From: Lepidodermella squamata
Taxonomy: Eukaryota; Animalia; Gastrotricha
Length of the DNA: 64,000 nucleotides
Assembly: GCA_047495785.1 (NCBI GenBank)
Contig: JBLDXI010000024.1
Coordinates: 4,216,001 to 4,280,000, forward strand
Direction: 5' to 3'
Position numbers and translations under genes: made by a program. The first letter of the stretch is position 1; each line of letters begins with the position of its first letter. Shown one piece after another: positions 25,203 through 36,977 of this stretch. The notes under the pieces were generated by a model. That model was not told the DNA's origin and did no database searches. It saw only the letters and a program-made list of their open reading frames with translations.

Positions 25203-28200
25203 TCAGAAGTAACCGACCTGCAAGAACGAATAAAGGAAAACCGCCAGTGTTGTTATGGCGAGCAATGAGTAAACAGCGAAATCAATATAGCGACACAGCT
25301 TCTTCTTCGATTTCTGCTGACTCAGCCACAGCATAGCCAGGCTCTGCGTTGTCAACGCCAATGAAATTCCCTCCAAGCAGAACATCATATCGCTGATTAA
25401 AACGCGTTGATTGGATCGCGGAATTTTACCAGCAATAGGCCCGATCGATGCTGTGTAAGCAAGCAGCAAGTAAACATTGAAGCATGCCCGATCGCTGTTA
25501 TCCGGCGGCAGCAGAACCGTACTGAGCGCCAGGAGAACCAACACGAAACAGGGCCCGAGCAAATTGAACAGAAAATAGTCAGGCTTACGGCGCAGCTCAA
25601 TCGAAAATATGACTCGGCTCGATGCCAGTTCACTTTTGAGATTCGGCTTTGTAGTCTCAACTTTGTACCCAATCGGACGAACTCGCCACTCTTCTAACGT
25701 GCTAGCTGAATCGCCATCCATCGTGATAAGGTTAGCCTTAGTCACGCGGACAAGATTTACCGGTTGTTCAATTGTAAATACCAGGCTACAGACTTGCGTA
25801 TCAAACGGGAATTTCGACAAATCAAAGTCGCAATTAGCTTCAAACAGGCCGTATTGCCGCCAATAGAAATAAATCGGCCAATAAGTTGCGTTGTTCCACG
25901 TTTGGTTCAAATAAATATCCATGTAGCTTCCGATTGATGACAAAGTCATTCCTGAATCGTTTTCCATAACGATTGCAGGATGCCAGATTGAGTTGAGGTC
26001 GACCACTCGAACACGATTGGACACGTAAGATTCGTTGAATTGACATCTTACAACCATCCATTTTGTGTAAAGCTGGCCGGTGATAGCGAAGGACTTCGCG
26101 GCCTCTTGAACCTTTGCAAGTCGATCGAGAGAAAAGGCCATTCTGAGAGGCAGCATGGCTCGTAAAGGGCTTCTGTTCGAGGACGATAGGTCAGGGCACC
26201 ACAAGGTCAAGTCTTCCACAGTCAAATCAGTTATGGGTTTAGGCGGCGGAGGCACGGGGAAATCTGCAGCTTCAGCAGCTTCTTCCAGGATCTCGTAGTT
26301 TATCGTGGGGCTTACCGTTGATACCATTGCAGGTCGCGTTGTTGCTGTACTAACTAAAGATGTGGATGTCTCATGAGGAAAGGAGGTACTTTGGGATCCA
26401 GTAACAGGCTGTGATGATGCCGCACTACTAAAAGGAGAAGTTGACACCTCATTTGCAACAAAGGTATTAGTCCCTTCAGGAATCGTAATCCTAGTACTTT
26501 CCGGATACATCTTTCTAACTGTAGTGGAAATGATCGGATTTGCTGTTGTACTTTCTTGTGTTGTAGTCGGTGAGGTCGTAGGTGATGTATTGACGCTGAT
26601 GATTGGGTTCGTAGTTGTGTCTGGAGAGCTAGTACTAATAGAAGTCGTTATCGCAGTAGTTGTGGTGGGTGGTAATGATATTCCCGTCACTGCTATACTG
26701 GCAACTTCGGCCTTGCTATCAGACCAATCGTTCATATGCCCGGACACGACCGCAACTGTGTGGCTTCCCTGCTTTAAAAAATCGGCAAACATAGCATTGT
26801 TTGCATATCGAACACACTGGATTTTCGGGGCTGATGGATCTTGATTTCTTATCAGGGAAACATTAAGATAGCCATTTAGGCTTGTTATTGAGTAGGTGAC
26901 GTCTTCCAATCCAGATTGTGGAAAGTCGCACGATCCAATGGTGAAACCGGCATCAGGTTGTAGGTAGTGTAACGAGGTTACAGACGGCCCGGAGTCGTTG
27001 AAAAGGTGTACGTTAATAGACGGACGGTAGGGATAGAACCTTATTTGAAAACCTGCTTTGAAAACTCCGTCAGTAGTTCTAAGCCCATAATTATTTTCGT
27101 TAGCGCAATCACCTGAATTCGGTTTTAAATCTTGAAAGTAACCGATGTTTTATGAATAAGTTGTTACCTGTTGTCTTAGCTATGCTGTCGTTATGAACAA
27201 TGAAGATCGCATAGCCATCATTATTGGGATGCTCTGTATTATTTCTTGTAATCCTTATTTCAATGTGGATGTTTCCATCGGGTTGTAGTGCAAACGGTTT
27301 CGCTGCAAGAAGTGTGGCCCGTTTCGATACACCTGGCTCGGGGAAATCAGTTAGCATGCCGCCGTTTGTTTTTGCGTCGCATGCAACATCCCACGTTCCA
27401 AATCCTATCAATAAAACGAAAACGGCAGATTATTCTGGCTGGTCATCACGGAAAAAGATTAACTCACTCAATCCGAGTAAATAGCTGTAGTAAAACTGAT
27501 CGAAGAACAGTTTAGGCTGATAACTAGCGAATTTTGGAAAATCGATGAAAAATGCCTCCAATCCCCGACTTTTCACTAACAACAATTCCTCTTGATTGAG
27601 AGCTACAGGGTACAACGATAGCCATGATGCAAACGTTGGTTGGGTTAGCGTATAATGGGCACGGCGCCCTCCTAGCATAAAAGAACCCGGCGAGGTATCT
27701 GCCGTCACGCCATAGATTGTCCGATTCACATAATCCTGGTCACAAAACAAGCCGTAGCTACTCGTTTGATTGTTGTATGATACCGCGACAAAGCGCCAAC
27801 CCTCGCTGAATTTACACGGTCCGCTAATCGGGGTGGGTGGTTGAACGCCTTGCTTGCCTATATATGCGTAAATCCTGTCCTTGACAAAGCCGATTCCGTA
27901 CTCGTGATTCGCCAATAAATGAAGCCCGAAGGATTCTTCAGTAACGAATTCAATTATGGGTACATAAGCTGCTTGATCGAATTTGAAAAACAGAGAAGTA
28001 AGCTGCTTGATCGAATTTGAAAAACAGAGAAAATGTCCACGATTGACCGCCCAAAGATAAAGCTGGGTGGGTGAAAGAAGTCTCGTCCTTGGTGCCAGTA
28101 CCGATTTTTAGATAAGAGAAGCTCGTTTCTGAATCGCTGAGGATCTCATAAACACCTGCTGCATTGGAACCGTTTATTCCTCGGCCGCTAAGATCGGATA

Positions 28201-28306
28201 ATCTAGTTTCTAATCTTAAGGGCCAAAATGCAATAGGCGCAGGCAGTTGTAGTATGCCTTGAACCACAGCTAGTCTGAACAAGAAACAGGTATAGATCAT
28301 CAGCAT
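25203..28306 (-). CDS. Cys-loop (pentameric) ligand-gated ion channel subunit with N-terminal LamG/ConA-like domain, L-type-lectin-like domain and Thr/Ser-rich stalk; exon 1 frameshifted by a 34-nt duplication as assembled
   Basis: Signal peptide MLMIYTCFLFRLAVVQG; PIAFWPL..DLSG..WRFVAVSY (LamG-like); DGYAIF..FQIRFYPY..NDSG..C..YLNVSL..C (L-lectin-like); IWHPAI, Cys-loop CDFDLSKFPFDTQVC, LRRKPDYFLFNLLGPC, 4 TM. Two short GT-AG introns join the ORF pieces in frame. Confidence 0.85.
27965..28031. repeat. 34-nt tandem duplication causing a frameshift in the channel gene
   Basis: taagctgcttgatcgaatttgaaaaacagagaa occurs at 27965 and 27999; removing one unit restores FDQAAYVPIIEFVTEESFGLHLLANHEY in frame. 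Confidence 0.9.
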
Positions 28307-28775
28307 TTTTCGATGATGAAATGGAATAAACTGGACAAAAGAATGCAGCTCTCAGCGTGAAATCTAATATTTTTCCCCAACGCAATATTTCAGCTGCTTG
28401 AAACATACTATCAAACATTTTGTTCATGCAGATTTCTAATTTCCGTACAGACAATTTTTTTTTATTAAAAATACATTGGCCTCTGACGTTGTTGTTGTCG
28501 CAAGGATCGCCATTCGAACAAAGGATTCGAAAAAATACCTCAGTGTTGCCATTGTTTACTAAAGCACAGAAAATCTCATCGAAATAGTGAAAATAAACGC
28601 GAGGGCATCTTACGGTAAATCTTTTTATTTTTTAATTCAAGATATCAGACACAAATATTGAAGGATTTTCCTCGCTATGATCTATAAAAAGTCGATTCAG
28701 CTCGAATCCTGTTGAATCCAGTGGAACTCTCACATTTCCAGCAAACTTAGCCCTAATGACATGCCTTATTTCAAC

Positions 28776-29171
28776 TAGAGCTTTGGATTTGATTTGATTT
28801 GATTTAAGGCTTAAATCACGGACCTCCTTCAATCAATCAAAATCTTTCAACCAGGACTAAATCAATCAAATCAAATCATCGTCACCCATAAATCACAATA
28901 AATCGCGAAACATCGGGATTTTTAGGAAGCTGGGGGCTTCGAAATTCAAGAAATGAATAAAATAACGCGAATTTGAAGTAACTGTCCCTCTCCATAGCAA
29001 AATTTCATCAAAAAGGAGGAGAGATCTTGGTTTCGCGGTGTCAAGTTTTTCGATTGCATCACCTTGGCTAAATCAAAATCAATCAAATCAAAATGCTTCC
29101 CCGCGTAAATCAATCAAATCAGTGAAAATGGGGTCTAAATCAAATCAAATCAAATCAAATCCAAAGCACTG
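28776..29171. mobile_element. hAT-like MITE, copy 1
   Basis: TIRs (T/C)AG(A/T)GCTTTGGATTTGATTTG; 8-bp TSD ATTTCAAC; internal AAATC microrepeats. Confidence 0.85.
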
Positions 29172-29373
29172 ATTTCAACGCAACAACAGGCTGCGCAACA
29201 TCCGCATCATCTCGAATACAAGGTCTTTCGTTTCTGCCCCTCAGCCCTTTTACCGATGATGATCAGAACAAAGTATTTATCTAAGACATATTTATTAGAC
29301 ACCACTATCACAAATAAAAAACGAATTATAATTTCACGGCGATAAGTAATAGGTATTTAGCAGTCAAAATTTC

Positions 29374-30489
29374 TCACATTTCATTCAATTTGAGTTCATG
29401 TTCATCTTCTTGCTCAGTATTCTCAGAGTATTTACGATCCAGCAATGCCAGCTTGCTGTCCCACTCTTTTTGCTGTTCAGCATTTTCAATTTTGCATGGC
29501 AGGCCCAAGATGTAGGCAGTGTGCTGCGGTGAAATCACGCCGTCGATGATCCACTGCACTAGGTCAAGCTTCTTCGTGAAAGAAACATTCAACTGGCATT
29601 GATAGGCCCGCCCAGGCGCCAAATTGAAGTTCTTTTGCTTCGCCGTGAGTTCGAGGTCGAAAACAGGGTCTTCGTCACGCCACCGCTTGAAGTGCTTGCG
29701 AGCCAGCAGCTGGTGCCGCCCGATAAAGTCGAACTGGTACCGGAACCAGCGGTACTCGCTGATTTTCAACTCGCTCACACCCTCGAGTGTCGTCATGAAA
29801 TTCAGCTCCGATTTGAAGTCGCGAAACATGTCGTGCGTCATCTCCTGGATGACGAACGGCGAAGGATCCTGCCTCGCTTGAATCATGATTGTCCGCCATT
29901 CCAACGGGTGTGTCACATTAAGCGAGGTCCTTTTACGCGCCTGCTCGATCAAACTGTGACAATTGTCAACCGACATTTGCGTGTGGCCAGCCACCTTAAA
30001 TATAATGTCTTAATTCAGTTCAGTTAATCCTGGCTAAAAACCTACGAGGAACATGTGGTCAACGATGCGCAATTTCTTAAACTTGGGGCCGTATTTCGCC
30101 CGCCGCTGCTTGTTCGCCTCTCGCATGGCCCAGAAAATGGCGTTCGGCACGATTTTATTCTTGCCCTGGCCGCACGTGCTGTCCGAGAATATGCTAACTT
30201 CCTCGACGGAGTCTGCCAGATGGTTGAGGATGAAATCAGATAAAGCTGGGTGGGTGAAAGAAGTCTCGTCCTTGGTGCCAGTACCGATTTTTAGATAAGA
30301 GAAGCTCGTTTCTGAATCGCTGAGGATCTCATAAACACCTGCTGCATTGGAACCGTTTATTCCTCGGCCGCTAAGATCGGATAATCTAGTTTCTAATCTT
30401 AAGGGCCAAAATGCAATAGGCGCAGGCAGTTGTAGTATGCCTTGAACCACAGCTAGTCTGAACAAGAAACAGGTATAGATCATCAGCAT
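29374..30489 (-). CDS. Chimeric ORF: channel signal peptide and start of LamG-like domain fused in frame to the C-terminal part of the transposase
   Basis: MLMIYTC...HPALS|DFILNHLADS...SDSTCGQGKN...HMFL, then an intron to VAGHTQMSVDNCH; junction at 30238. Expression unknown. Confidence 0.6.
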
Positions 30490-30958
30490 TTTTCGATGAT
30501 GAAATGGAATAAACTGGACAAAAGAATGCAGCTCTCAGCGTGAAATCTAATATTTTTCCCCAACGCAATATTTCAGCTGCTTGAAACATACTATCAAACA
30601 TTTTGTTCATGCAGATTTCTAATTTCCGTACAGACAATTTTTTTTTATTAAAAATACATTGGCCTCTGACGTTGTTGTTGTCGCAAGGATCGCCATTCGA
30701 ACAAAGGATTCGAAAAAATACCTCAGTGTTGCCATTGTTTACTAAAGCACAGAAAATCTCATCGAAATAGTGAAAATAAACGCGAGGGCATCTTTCGGTA
30801 AATCTTTTTATTTTTTAATTCAAGATATCAGACACAAATATTGAAGGATTTTCCTCGCTATGATCTATAAAAAGTCGATTCAGCTCGAATCCTGTTGAAT
30901 CCAGTGGAACTCTCACATTTCCAGCAAACTTAGCCCTAATGACATGCCTTATTTCAAC

Positions 30959-31354
30959 TAGAGCTTTGGATTTGATTTGATTTGATTTAAGGCTTAAATC
31001 ACGGACCTCCTTCAATCAATCAAAATCTTTCAACCAGGACTAAATCAATCAAATCAAATCATCGTCACCCATAAATCACAATAAATCGCGAAACATCGGG
31101 ATTTTTAGGAAGCTGGGGGCTTCGAAATTCAAGAAATGAATAAAATAACGCGAATTTGAAGTAACTGTCCCTCTCCATAGCAAAATTTCATCAAAAAGGA
31201 GGAGAGATCTTGGTTTCGCGGTGTCAAGTTTTTCGATTGCATCACCTTGGCTAAATCAAAATCAATCAAATCAAAATGCTTCCCCGCGTAAATCAATCAA
31301 ATCAGTGAAAATGGGGTCTAAATCAAATCAAATCAAATCAAATCCAAAGCACTG
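30959..31354. mobile_element. hAT-like MITE, copy 2 (produced by the tandem duplication)
   Basis: Same TIRs and the same ATTTCAAC TSD as 28776-29171. Confidence 0.85.
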
Positions 31355-31556
31355 ATTTCAACGCAACAACAGGCTGCGCAACATCCGCATCATCTCGAAT
31401 ACAAGGTCTTTCGTTTCTGCCCCTCAGCCCTTTTACCGATGATGATCAGAACAAAGTATTTATCTAAGACATATTTATTAGACACCACTATCACAAATAA
31501 AAAACGAATTATAATTTCACGGCGATAAGTAATAGGTATTTAGCAGTCAAAATTTC

Positions 31557-34142
31557 TCACATTTCATTCAATTTGAGTTCATGTTCATCTTCTTGCTCAG
31601 TATTCTCAGAGTATTTACGATCCAGCAATGCCAGCTTGCTGTCCCACTCTTTTTGCTGTTCAGCATTTTCAATTTTGCATGGCAGGCCCAAGATGTAGGC
31701 AGTGTGCTGCGGTGAAATCACGCCGTCGATGATCCACTGCACTAGGTCAAGCTTCTTCGTGAAAGAAACATTCAACTGGCATTGATAGGCCCGCCCAGGC
31801 GCCAAATTGAAGTTCTTTTGCTTCGCCGTGAGTTCGAGGTCGAAAACAGGGTCTTCGTCACGCCACCGCTTGAAGTGCTTGCGAGCCAGCAGCTGGTGCC
31901 GCCCGATAAAGTCGAACTGGTACCGGAACCAGCGGTACTCGCTGATTTTCAACTCGCTCACACCCTCGAGTGTCGTCATGAAATTCAGCTCCGATTTGAA
32001 GTCGCGAAACATGTCGTGCGTCATCTCCTGGATGACGAACGGCGAAGGATCCTGCCTCGCTTGAATCATGATTGTCCGCCATTCCAACGGGTGTGTCACA
32101 TTAAGCGAGGTCCTTTTACGCGCCTGCTCGATCAAACTGTGACAATTGTCAACCGACATTTGCGTGTGGCCAGCCACCTTAAATATAATGTCTTAATTCA
32201 GTTCAGTTAATCCTGGCTAAAAACCTACGAGGAACATGTGGTCAACGATGCGCAATTTCTTAAACTTGGGGCCGTATTTCGCCCGCCGCTGCTTGTTCGC
32301 CTCTCGCATGGCCCAGAAAATGGCGTTCGGCACGATTTTATTCTTGCCCTGGCCGCACGTGCTGTCCGAGAATATGCTAACTTCCTCGACGGAGTCTGCC
32401 AGATGGTTGAGGATGAAATCAGCCAAGCACGTGCTGATCTCCGTGCTACCCTGGCCGCCTAGGAAACAGATCTTTAATAGCCTTCGTTTTTCATGTTTCA
32501 TGGACTAACCTTCATATTCCTCGTACGTGTAGCAAACGCATTTCTTCGTAACTGTGTCCAGCACAGTGAAGTTATGGGTGACTAGTTTTTCACGCCGATA
32601 AGCGAAATTGCAACACGGCACCTGAAATAATGAAAGTCATCTAAATTCATTCGGTTTTCAATGAAATCTGCTTACCTGTAACTGCTTCTGCATATCGAAT
32701 TCGAGAACGGCATATTTTGGCCCATCAGGTGAGTTCTGGAGAGATTCGTTGGCGACCTCCTTACGGTGAGCTCGCTCGAGACGGCTTTCATCCTTATCTT
32801 CGACGTGTGAACCGTATGATTCCCGCACCTTCTCCTTCTCTTGCGAATTCATGAAATTCCATCTCATGCAAACCTTGCAACTACATAAGCAGTTAGAGAT
32901 GTAAACAGGGTTCATAGTTGTTGGAATCAAAATTATACCGGTCGTTTCGTGGCTGTTTGAAAGAAACGTCGCGAAACAGCAGTTTGAACTTGCTTGCGAA
33001 CGTTCGCATCGAGCAGCGCGTCACTTTGAGGCTGTCCGGACTTCGCTTGATGTGGTCGACCCAGTCGCGGTAAAGCGACGACACTGTCATGTTTGGGTTC
33101 ACGTAAAGTCGCTTCGACCACTGGCGGCGGAAATGGCTCGCACTCCTACAATGATCACATAATCGAATGAGCTTGGCAATTCAAAATGAAAAATCCTAGA
33201 CTAGCGTTTCCAAAACCGTGTCCTATAGGATACTCGTGTACTACGCCAACTTTCAGGTTGAAGGGTGAAGTCGGTTCGAAAACATCAACATTTAACCAGA
33301 AATTATTTTTAGAAGTTTTCAAAATTTGAGTTTTGGTAGCCCGAGCTGCTATAGTAACAAATACATTGCCAATCAATTTTTCCAAAAATAGCTAAAATAT
33401 TGGCTTCTTTACGGCGTACTCATTCGAAGCCCGGATCTAGGACCGGAGGTCATATTTCTCAGGTATAAATGTAGCCTAAAACTCACGCTTTGAGGCGCGG
33501 TTCGACAAAGCGCTTGATTGACTGAATGGTTACGGCACTGCATATGTTGGAGCCGACGGCACTCGCTCGCCGCCGGTCTGGTTCAACCTCCATGCCGTTG
33601 TTTTTGATCTTCTTCTCGAGGTTGTAGCACAGGAACTTCTTGCCGATGTCTAGCGCCTTCATGAAAAAGGGCTTGCACACGCGGATTGTAGCGAGCGAGG
33701 CGCCGCGTTTCGGCACGTGCTCCTCCAACGCGTACAACGCAGGCAGTGTGTAAGTAACGATGCTGCGTTTGGGCCGCGGCTCGCGAGACACATAGCGGGC
33801 TAGAAACAGCCGCTGGTCGTGCAGCTTGCCGGATTTGCGGAAGTCGCGCTCCAGCTGCGTGATGCGCTCGTCGCTGAATTTGTCGTGGCAGCGCTTTGAG
33901 CAGCATTTGAGCAAGCGGACGCCCTTGCGAGCCCGAACGAGCTTAGCCTTGCGCTGAACGTAGATCTCGCCAGTCGTGCGGTTGCGGTACGTGATTTTGT
34001 TCTGGAAGAACTCGACGCCAGTGTGGCGCGCGAATTTCTCCTTCTCGGCGCGCAGTTTCGACGGCGAGATGGCCGCAGCGCCCGGGTTCGCTACGCCCAC
34101 CAGTCCGTCCGTACCCACGACGAAGTGCACCTGGGTAGACAT
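31557..34142 (-). mobile_element. Intron-containing DDD transposase gene, Sola1-like (6 exons, reading frame intact)
   Basis: Motifs VCKPFFMKALDI, SHFRR, PRNDRCKVC, FDMQKQLQVP, EGGQGSTEISTCL, SDSTCGQGKNK, GHTQMSVDNCHSLIE; five GT-AG introns splice in frame. The Sola1 label is from remembered motif patterns; TIRs not located. Confidence 0.75.
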
Positions 34143-34448
34143 GCTGCTCAACTACAACCGCACCCAATGCTGCTGCTGCTGCGATTGAATTAATTTTCTA
34201 TGAAACGAAAAACTTGTTATGGAATAGGAAAACATGGGTGAATTTCGCGGAGGCATTTCATAACTATGTAACTTAATTCGTGTAAAAAAAGAGTTTTGAA
34301 TATGTGTAGTAAGTATCAGTCACATCGAAACGTTCAAACATGGGGTCCTGCATTGCAAGATGAAGCGATATGTACAATTCAGCGCAATGTACAATGTGAA
34401 AATTAAGAAATTGATATGACTATCAAACTAGCGAAAATATCAATATAC

Positions 34449-34643
34449 TGTAATATCCGGCACGGTACGGATACCACACGGGTTCGATATAGAGAGTAAA
34501 TAACAGTCAGGCAGAAATGATCCAAAACTCCTCATTTTATTGTTATTGTGTTTCAGTATTTATACTGCGGCACGCAGGCCGCTTATTGGTTGGTATGCGG
34601 ACCAATCGCGCTCGACTTGCGTGTCGCGCGTCCGCATAGCACA
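34449..34643 (-). repeat. 3' LTR (195 bp)
   Basis: Identical to 42087-42281; TATAAA and AATAAA on the minus strand; preceded by a short purine tract GGGGAA. Confidence 0.95.
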
Positions 34644-34795
34644 TTCCCCAGGTGAAATAGTGCTTTACTCCTGGAAAGCGGGAAAAGCGAAAGGAGTGTA
34701 ACGGCAAGAGAAAAATTCGAAAATGATATTGTGAGAGAATTTACAATAAATACGATCACTGGTAAATATATATACAAACTTCGTGATTTTGATTT

Positions 34796-36897
34796 TCAAT
34801 AGTAGAAGCGCTTTTTGCGCGGCTGTGGTTTTGGTTCCGCTTCATTGGCTTTGTCGAGCGGAATGGCCGTTGACGGTGTTTCGTATCCTGGCGGTTGTGG
34901 GGCGGTTGGGACTTGAAGTGTCGGCATTATTGTCTGGATTTGGAGCGGATTTGGAGGGCGATTTCTATTGCAGATGAGGTAAATGATTGCGACGGTGTTC
35001 AGTGTCAGTATGAGAGAATTCGCTCCGGTTGGGAGAATCGATAGCAGCGCTGAGTGGGTGTCGTTGGAGGAGCCGATTTGTCCAACGTAGATACTCATCA
35101 GCTGCGTGAAGAGACCTAATTGGGCCGAGCTGGCGCTGATATTTTCGACGAGCCGCAGTGTTGTAGCATCATTCCGGTTGAACTCGTCACGCATGGTTGA
35201 ATCCTTAAGGCTGGCGACGATTTTATCGATATTTTTGCTGTGTTGGGTCGGGTAGTCGCTGGTATTGGGGTCAAGTAGCTTTAATCGACCCGACTCGGTG
35301 ACCGTTAGTATCTCTTGGCGCAGATCCTCGTCGCATTCAAAGGCCGATGGGTGTAATTCGAGGTCGCCAATTTTAATGATGTGGTTGCAAGAGAGGTGGA
35401 AAATGTGGCCACTTGTTTTCTGGCGGTGCCATTAACGCGCCAGAGTGAGACAGTCGCCGGTTTTTGAAGGAGGAACGAGCTGTGGTTGAGTCGCACAACA
35501 TCGCTGGCTTGTTCGCACCAGTTGAGCTCGGCTTTCGAGCTGATAACGGGGTCGAGAGCTAAGGCGTGCTCGGAATCAGCGACGAGGCCGGTCTGTTGTA
35601 GCCAGTCTGGTGTCGTGGAAATATCGCAGAATTCAAGTGGGCAGACGATTTTGTGGGGTGAAATTGTGGTACAGGCGTCGAGACAGCTGGTAGGAAATAA
35701 GCGGACGGGCTGGTCTGAGCATTGGATGGCGGACATGCCGATGTAGACAGATCGCGGGGCCGTTAAACAGCTGCGGTTGCCAAGCAAGCTGATCGGGGAC
35801 AACGCGATGATGTTGCAGACCGAGTTTCTTATTATCGGAAGTTTCGCTCGAATTGTAACGTCGATGACATCGGGTTGATCGGCGCCGGTGATGGACATCC
35901 AGGCCGAGACAAACAATGGGACACCCTGGGTTAGTAATTTGACCGTTTCGTTGTGCCTGGGTGAGATTTGTAGCTGGCGGATGATTTTAGTCGCCATGGC
36001 CTCGGTCATTTCATAGGTACCGAACGAGCCATCGTTTATGCCTACTCGGATGCGTTCGACATGCGCGAACTGGTCACGCATCGCTGCCTGCTTTGTGAAG
36101 TGAAAAGCAGTCAGTTTATTGAAGTTGTGCCACTTCTGCCGATCGCTGGTGTATTCGCTGGTCAAATTTATGAGCACATCTTCCACGGCTTGCAGACGTT
36201 GTCCTAGCCGGTGGGTTTGTTTCGCCAGCAGCATTGTGGCGTTGCCAATTTGTCTGATTTGAGTGTCATCCTCTTTTAAAGCAGCCGTCGCTGCGTAGAG
36301 GGCTTTCTTCGTATTTTCGTCAGTGGTTGAGCAACCGTTGTGTGAGAATAGTTCGTTGATGCCACGTAGAACTATCGAGGAGCAGATCCAGTCTAAGTCA
36401 CGCCTGGCGCGGTATCGTTTCCCAGTCACTGTCGACGAGGCGGTCAGCTTCGCGGTCGACGGCTGGCACTGAGTGGCCCACTGCGACAAACAGTCGAACT
36501 CTGAGAATCCGAACGGCGGTATCGGCGTACACCATTTTCCGAGATAGGCGGCACATGATTTCAATTTGTCCCAAGGCGACGGAGCGAGCGATGTCCCAGT
36601 TTCCTCCCAAAAATCGAGTACGTGTTGAACTTCTTCCGGATAAAATTGGCGAATAAATTTCGGCTTCTGAAACTCAACTTGCATATTCAAGGCGGTTAAA
36701 ATCACGTCGTCGAACATGTAGACCAGCTGTTTCTTAGTGCCTTTGAGCAATGCTTGCGGGAAAATCACGTGGTCAGAAGTGAAAGCGTCCGTGTTAAGTT
36801 CGATTTGCCGTTTTGAACGAGTAGAGGTGGCTGAAGAAATTAGCGAAGCGGCGAGTGTGGCTACGGCAAGCCACAGGCGAAGGCCAGTAAGCGACAT
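34796..36897 (-). pseudogene. env: env-like class I fusion glycoprotein (one frameshift between about 35305 and 35435)
   Basis: Signal peptide, furin sites RSKR and RARR, heptad-like helix, Cys-rich region, TM segment (SLILTLNTVAIIYLIC), short tail; lies between IN and the 3' LTR. Confidence 0.85.
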
Positions 36898-36977
36898 CGA
36901 AATTCGTTAATGAGTAAATATCAAGAAATATTTACAGATCGGATAAATGGTTGATTAAATTTTCGCTCAAATAAAAT

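Larger units (their letters stand above)
28055..32420. repeat. 2183-bp tandem duplication (28055-30237 / 30238-32420)
   Basis: Identical ORF sets offset by 2183; I saw one substitution (catcttacgg vs catctttcgg); 2-bp AG microhomology at the junction. Confidence 0.95.
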
